Assembly: GCA_964462055.1 (NCBI GenBank) | Contig: CAYWWJ010000004.1 | Location: 22,008-86,007, forward strand | DNA from: an uncultured Neisseria sp. | GTDB taxonomy: Bacteria; Pseudomonadota; Gammaproteobacteria; Burkholderiales; UBA11063 | Direction: 5' to 3' | Length of the DNA stretch: 64,000 nucleotides | Shown here: positions 58,724-64,000 of the stretch, piece by piece | Layout of the letters: each line of letters starts with the position of its first letter | Numbering within the stretch: the first letter of the stretch is position 1 | Program-made: the position numbers and the translations under genes | The notes under the pieces: model-generated | What the model saw: only the letters and a program-made list of their open reading frames with translations | Databases searched by the model: none | Told to the model about the DNA's origin: nothing

Positions 58724-61090
58724 ATGGTGTCTACAAATTCCAGTATCGTAAAATTAAACACAACGATACCATCAATGCGGAATAAAAAAACCAATACAAC
58801 CAATAAAATCGCACAAATATTAGAACCTTTAACACAATCTTTCATCACAAATGATGATGTTGCCAAAGTATACCAAGATATTTTTGCAACAAATTCCCAT
58901 TTCACTGACAGCTGTATATTAGTAAGATGTTCCCGTGAACAGCTTTATGCGGCTGTTTTAGTATATGAATTAATTCACGATTTTCGTCCAGACACATTAG
59001 ATCAATTAAGCATGCATATTAACGAATACTGCCCAGAGTTAGATTTTATTACACCAGATTTTATGCACCAATCCGACATATATTTTGACGAAATTTGCAC
59101 TGATGATATAACTCAAATAATTGATAACAATGGAAATGTGTATAATTTAGAGAATATTCGTAATAACATTAATCGAAGTAGATTCAATAATAAATTGTAC
59201 AAACTCAAGCGTCAATTAGAGAAAATAGAAATATCTCCACAAAACACCAAACATCACCTAGCTGATGCTTGTAAAGAAATTGCTATAATATCGCGAACTA
59301 CAGATTTTAACCCAATTTATTTTGAAGAATCAATTTCTCATATTATTTATCAGTGGATTGATATATTTAATCGCTACATTGTCGATACAACATTCAATGC
59401 AGAAATCATTAGCTGTATAAATGATGTGTTTTTTAGCATTAACATTTTATTAACACGTAACCTTATAAACATAGATAATAACACAATCGGTGAACTATTA
59501 AGGACAATTAGCCATAAAATTCAAGAATTTTTAACCTCATCAGATAAGATTATTATAAATACATTAAAGTATTTAACTTTATTATTGATTAACTTAAATA
59601 AAATAGTAACATTTAATAATGTAGTTAGCTTTATTTCTGATTTTGCCACTAGTATATCATTTACAAACAAAATAACTGGTCCACAAAATGAGTTCCAATT
59701 AGTTAGGCAGCAAATCAATTTATCATTATTAAATGTATTTTCTACTAGACTGTATCAAATATTTAATAATACACAAAATATTAATACCAGAATTGGATTA
59801 TGTGATCGTATTATTTATGTTCTTGAACCTTATAATGAACAATTTAATGTTCCAATTACTAATCATTTACAAGAAATGATAGAATATTTATTTCGTATTG
59901 ATGGATTTTGCAATATAAACATTATAAAATGCTCATTATTAAAGCCAAATCTTGCAAAATTTATTTCCAATGAAAGCATTATCAACGAATTCAATTTACT
60001 TGTAAATAAACAATTTGAAAATCACAAACTTTCTCAGTCCGAACAAAATGAATTATACGCCATTACACATTATGCCAAAAGCATTGATGGAATCGCTCGT
60101 AAACTAATTTTACCAATAAAATTACCCCCATTAAGAATAGCTCTTCGACAATATGAAAATAATGGAAACGCTTTTCACGTGCATAATACAATGTATCATT
60201 TAACACATTTACGAACGCTTTTACAAGAATTACTTAATCATTATCATATTCCACCTTTATTTGGTAGTATTATTGACTCTACCAAAGGAACATATGAATA
60301 TTTACTAAGATCAATAAATGATTTATACAGACCATCGAAAGCAAAAACTATTGCAATCACTCAAGCAATGAGCTTAAACCATAGCGCAGCATTAACAACA
60401 TTAAACGTAATGTACTCCAATATTAATAATCCTATTTGTAAACAGTTTTTTACTGATATAGCGTATTTTATTGCTTTTTTATCAGGGGAAAATGTACGAT
60501 GGAATGATGGTTATTCTAATCTTGAGGCCAGAATTAATATCTTACTTTTGGCGTTAGTTGATTCTGCTAATGCATATGATAATGAAAACTCAATGAGTTG
60601 TCTTACTGGCACTTATGAGCGCATATATTATGCGGCTGCTACATTAACACCTCCACTAAGTATAATGAATCAAATATCTTTTATGAACATTGATAGTCAT
60701 AATGTATATCTTAAATTACAAAGATTATTAAACAACACAAATTTTATTGAACAAGTTGCAATAAAAGTTGCAAATACTGGGCAGATAATTGATATAAACT
60801 TTATTAGGGAAATAATAATTGAAACTGTAATAGAAATTGATGAACAATCGGTTAATGATAAATTGACTGAATATACCCAAGAATATATGGAAGATGATTT
60901 ACCTCCATCTATCTTGAATACTCATGTTGTTAGTTTATGGACAGAAATTAGGTTATCATTAATAGAGAGATTACGTAAAAATATGGATGCAATGATTGAA
61001 AGCTATAACGACGACCATGAAAACCAACTGGGTATACACGCAATTACGACCAGAATTTTTGAAATTAGAGGAGAAGAAACAAAATCCTAA
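58724..61090 (+). CDS. large hypothetical protein (788 aa), Asn/Ile/Leu-rich; secreted-effector candidate
   Basis: Long uninterrupted ORF in a visibly AT-richer block, with no motif I can assign. The C-terminus is acidic (...FEIRGEETKS). Confidence 0.6.
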   Translation: MVSTNSSIVKLNTTIPSMRNKKTNTTNKIAQILEPLTQSFITNDDVAKVYQDIFATNSHFTDSCILVRCSREQLYAAVLVYELIHDFRPDTLDQLSMHINEYCPELDFITPDFMHQSDIYFDEICTDDITQIIDNNGNVYNLENIRNNINRSRFNNKLYKLKRQLEKIEISPQNTKHHLADACKEIAIISRTTDFNPIYFEESISHIIYQWIDIFNRYIVDTTFNAEIISCINDVFFSINILLTRNLINIDNNTIGELLRTISHKIQEFLTSSDKIIINTLKYLTLLLINLNKIVTFNNVVSFISDFATSISFTNKITGPQNEFQLVRQQINLSLLNVFSTRLYQIFNNTQNINTRIGLCDRIIYVLEPYNEQFNVPITNHLQEMIEYLFRIDGFCNINIIKCSLLKPNLAKFISNESIINEFNLLVNKQFENHKLSQSEQNELYAITHYAKSIDGIARKLILPIKLPPLRIALRQYENNGNAFHVHNTMYHLTHLRTLLQELLNHYHIPPLFGSIIDSTKGTYEYLLRSINDLYRPSKAKTIAITQAMSLNHSAALTTLNVMYSNINNPICKQFFTDIAYFIAFLSGENVRWNDGYSNLEARINILLLALVDSANAYDNENSMSCLTGTYERIYYAAATLTPPLSIMNQISFMNIDSHNVYLKLQRLLNNTNFIEQVAIKVANTGQIIDINFIREIIIETVIEIDEQSVNDKLTEYTQEYMEDDLPPSILNTHVVSLWTEIRLSLIERLRKNMDAMIESYNDDHENQLGIHAITTRIFEIRGEETKS

Positions 61091-61222
61091 TTGTATAACC
61101 CAAATAAAAAGTATATATTCAGACTTTAACTTTAAACATATTTTAAAGGAGAACTACTCTATAATTTAATAATTCAAAAAATAAACTAATTTAAACTAAT
61201 TTTTATTTTCAAAGGGTATTAA

Positions 61223-62839
61223 ATGAGCTCCATCGCAACAAATCTACATTCACACAAATCAATCACAGTAAGCACAAATGTTCCAACTATTGAACAAGAT
61301 TTTAATAGATTAGAAAGTATTATTCCAAGCATTAATATTGAGGATTTAAATAGTATAAAAAGTGAAAAAATCATAAGGCATATTGTCAATTTTCTAATTA
61401 GATTAAAGCCCAGCGAGGATGGACCTAAAATAAAAGATGCTGATACTTATCTAATAAAACTTCTAAAAATAATGAATAAATTAGACGAAAAAACCGATTA
61501 TTTTAACAACAATACAGCAAGATTAAATTCATATAATTTATTGGTTAAAATATGCAATCACGAATATTTACATGGACGACAAGATATTATTGACGGCATG
61601 TATTCTCTTATTGGTCGTGATATAATCTGGATGACTTATTATATTAAAGACTATAAAGCTGAATATGACAAATATATAAACATGATTTGTAATACAGCGG
61701 CGACATTTAATGCTAGTAATCACATTGACCCAACACTTGCAGAAGAAATACACTTTAACATATTGATGTCGGCAATAGAGTATGGGAATAATGAATTAAT
61801 CAATACTTATTGCGTTAATATTTTTAATTTTATAAATGATTCTAATATTCTCGAACTAATGCGGGTAATCACAATGAAAACTACTCCAGAAAATTCGGTA
61901 ATACATCTCAAGTTAATTTGTTCTATATTGGAAACAGGTAACTTATCAAATTTAACAGCAAAATTTGATATTCTGAATACTTTTATTTCATATTGCACAG
62001 AACTATTAAGTAACTACTTAAAATATGAAGATAAAGAAGTGGTAATTACATTTATACCAACAATACTAAGGCATTTAATAACAACTATTGATCAAAAAAA
62101 TACTAGTGAATCTGAAAATAATACCGAAGTTACTACTGTTATTCAACAAGAAAATGAAACCATTACTTTGTTAATACATAATATAATTGAAAAAATTTTT
62201 AACACCAATATTAATGATTTATTAAATGAGATAAACAAACCAATTAGTAAAACTTCTTTAAAAAGTAAATTAAATCAATTAATTGAGTTAGCAACAATAT
62301 TAACGAATGAGAAAATATATATTACAGGAATAACACAGCTCGTGAATGTTTTATATCAAAGATTTACATCATCTAACCCATCAGAATCTCATAAATCTTA
62401 TCTATGCAATTTATTAAGAAATATCTTGGAAAATACTGAGTCATTACCTCATCTACAATGTGATTATATAAACGAAATGCTTTCTACGCATACTTTAGAT
62501 GATTTTGTTGATATTGAGTTAGAAACTAAATTAGAACAAATGACTGCTACGCATGAAAATGAAAATACTACTCTCACGCTAAATGAAGATTGTTTAATTA
62601 TAGATACAAGCTCAATCCCAACAAATAATGAGAATAATCGAGAAGAACAATTAAACAATATTCATGTAAAATTAAACCTTTTCAATCAACAATTAAATTT
62701 AATTAATTATGCCAATAACAATAATATTGAAGAATCAAGTTACAATGGAGATGAATGTAAACAATCCAACCATATCACCCCCACTAATGGTAACGAAAAT
62801 TATTTGTATATCATACACAGGTTTATACCAAATCGTTAA
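61223..62839 (+). CDS. large hypothetical protein (538 aa), Asn/Ile/Leu-rich; secreted-effector candidate
   Basis: Long ORF preceded by AAGGG, with the same composition as the upstream gene and no recognisable domain. Confidence 0.6.
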   Translation: MSSIATNLHSHKSITVSTNVPTIEQDFNRLESIIPSINIEDLNSIKSEKIIRHIVNFLIRLKPSEDGPKIKDADTYLIKLLKIMNKLDEKTDYFNNNTARLNSYNLLVKICNHEYLHGRQDIIDGMYSLIGRDIIWMTYYIKDYKAEYDKYINMICNTAATFNASNHIDPTLAEEIHFNILMSAIEYGNNELINTYCVNIFNFINDSNILELMRVITMKTTPENSVIHLKLICSILETGNLSNLTAKFDILNTFISYCTELLSNYLKYEDKEVVITFIPTILRHLITTIDQKNTSESENNTEVTTVIQQENETITLLIHNIIEKIFNTNINDLLNEINKPISKTSLKSKLNQLIELATILTNEKIYITGITQLVNVLYQRFTSSNPSESHKSYLCNLLRNILENTESLPHLQCDYINEMLSTHTLDDFVDIELETKLEQMTATHENENTTLTLNEDCLIIDTSSIPTNNENNREEQLNNIHVKLNLFNQQLNLINYANNNNIEESSYNGDECKQSNHITPTNGNENYLYIIHRFIPNR

Positions 62840-63897
62840 TACACAAGCGGAAGGCTTACTTTTTTACCATCTCTTGCAGATAAATATATTGCAATGAGAA
62901 GCTCTAAAGATTTAAGACCTTCCCTACCATCAATTTCTGCTTCTTCTGCGCCACGCAATGTATTAATCACATTTTTATAATACAATGGGTGCCCAAATCC
63001 ATATACCGATGTTGTAGCATAGCTTGCTTCGCGAATTGATTTATCGTCAGGAGATTCATCGGCAAATTCCCAATGTTCAATTTCATTTACCGCAACTCCA
63101 CCAAGTCTAACCGTGCCTGTTTCGCCAATAATAGTGATTGAACCCTCCAAATTCTTTGGATACGTCAACATTGAAACATTCATTGTACCTAACGCTCCAC
63201 TACGCCATTTAATCGCAACTACGCCACTATCTTCAACATCAATATTTCGCGCCAGCGTAGCTGTATAGCTTTGTACAGATTCAACATGCCCAATCAGCCA
63301 TTCCAACAAATCCACATAATGCGATGCCTGATTCATAAAAGCACCACCATCAAACTCCCAAGTACCGCGCCATTTTGCTTGATCGTAGTATTCTTGTGGT
63401 CGCGTCCAAAATACATTACACGCAACGCTATAAATACGCCCAAATCTCCCACTATCAATCGCTTTCTTGAGTAATTGCACTGTTGCATTGCGCCGATTTT
63501 GTTTCACAACAAATAACCTAACTCCAGCATTATCACAAGCTCTCACCATTTCAAATCCGTCGGTCAATCTTGTTGCCATTGGCTTTTCACTAATAACATG
63601 CACTCCAGCATGTGCGCATTTCACAGTTTGCACAGAATGAATTCCGCTTGGCGTAGTTAATATAACAGCGTCAAATCCACCATCTTGCAACATATCATCT
63701 AAATTAGCGTATCCTTTTACCTTATATGTTTCAACCGCTTTAGCCAATTTTTGGTTATCTATATCACAAACAGCAACTAATTCACATTCCGCTTGATGTT
63801 CTAATAATGAATTAAAATGATTGATAGCAATACGTCCACAACCAACTAATGCAAAACGAATTTTACGTCCAATAATTAATTTATGCTGATTTAACAT
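62836..63897 (-). CDS. Gfo/Idh/MocA family NAD-dependent oxidoreductase (WbpB-like sugar-nucleotide dehydrogenase)
   Basis: 353 aa. Rossmann N-terminus IRFALVGCGRIA.NH, an EKP motif (ISEKPMA) and a C-terminal alpha/beta domain. Confidence 0.8.
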   Translation of the reverse strand: MLNQHKLIIGRKIRFALVGCGRIAINHFNSLLEHQAECELVAVCDIDNQKLAKAVETYKVKGYANLDDMLQDGGFDAVILTTPSGIHSVQTVKCAHAGVHVISEKPMATRLTDGFEMVRACDNAGVRLFVVKQNRRNATVQLLKKAIDSGRFGRIYSVACNVFWTRPQEYYDQAKWRGTWEFDGGAFMNQASHYVDLLEWLIGHVESVQSYTATLARNIDVEDSGVVAIKWRSGALGTMNVSMLTYPKNLEGSITIIGETGTVRLGGVAVNEIEHWEFADESPDDKSIREASYATTSVYGFGHPLYYKNVINTLRGAEEAEIDGREGLKSLELLIAIYLSARDGKKVSLPLVY

Positions 63898-64000
63898 TTA
63901 ATATTCCTAAAAATTTTTATGTTTAATATTCAAAGACAAAGAGTATATCATCCGTGTAATTGCCGTTTATCGCACGCCAATGCCGCTTCATGAGTAACTT

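Noticed and set aside
60480-60650. Possible NEL (IpaH/SspH-type E3 ligase) signature in the 788-aa protein (YFIAFLSGENV ... SMSCLTGTYERI)
   Set aside because: It resembles FLDRLSETENF ... SSCEDRV only superficially. The diagnostic Cys-x-Asp-Arg is absent and there are no LRRs. This is not enough to make the call without a profile search.
61183-61202. Tandem 10-mer AAACTAATTT x2 upstream of the 538-aa gene as a PmrA-type response-regulator box
   Set aside because: It lies only ~20 nt from the ATG, leaving no room for a -10 element downstream. Its spacing and sequence also differ from the TTAATATT direct repeats I recall for PmrA. Simple AT-rich duplication is a sufficient explanation.
63898-64000. 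Possible 3' end of another minus-strand CDS at the right edge
   Set aside because: Two frames are open to the window edge (ending ..NGNYTDDILFVFEY-stop or ..LACDKRQLHG-stop). With about 25 codons and no motif, I cannot choose a frame or a function.
1-64000. tRNA, rRNA, tmRNA, riboswitch and CRISPR scan
   Set aside because: I saw no T-loop/acceptor patterns (GGTTCGAATCC-like), no rRNA-like conserved blocks and no spaced direct repeats by eye. The absence is not proven without covariance-model searches.

Overview
This is a 64-kb chromosomal window from an AT-rich gammaproteobacterium. The gene content (bdhA next to a patatin gene, phaR, acetoacetate decarboxylase, type IV minor pilins, dense small palindromic repeats, AT-rich orphan genes) resembles Legionellales/Coxiellaceae-type bacteria, but that assignment is inference only. 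About 50 CDS look intact and most are housekeeping: rsgA, fumC, aroA, thyA, msrBA, argS, htrA, lepA, catalase, purN, ung, hemE, rppH, rplU-rpmA, smc, rimO, ubiG, purD, ssb. One CDS at the left edge is missing from the ORF track: an acetoacetyl-CoA synthetase at 1-1125 on the minus strand. I found no rRNA, tRNA or CRISPR array. Accessory and unusual content: (1) At least three families of small non-coding palindromic (foldback/MITE-like) repeats sit in intergenic gaps. Family A has 4 long copies, 3 deletion derivatives and 1 fragment. Its core is near-identical between copies, while its arms differ between copies but stay self-complementary within each copy. One copy is nested in the centre of a family-C palindrome, and another abuts the pilW start codon. 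(2) The type IV minor-pilin operon runs pilV-pilW-pilX-pilE with no pilY1, and its PilV carries an extra beta-propeller-like C-terminal domain of about 315 aa. Other exported repeat/propeller proteins lie next to it. (3) A visibly more AT-rich two-gene block (788 aa and 538 aa, no recognisable domains) lies downstream of a repeat-flanked ssb. (4) A ketone-body/PHB cluster (adc, secreted TIM-barrel-like protein, frameshifted patatin, bdhA) is present. (5) Three decayed genes and an IS256-type transposase tail are present. (6) A perfect 16-18 bp palindrome, TGTTTCACGTGAAACA, occurs twice, each time about 20 nt upstream of a start codon. Repeat coordinates were read by eye and may be off by a few bp. 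All functional calls rest on remembered family signatures, not on searches.
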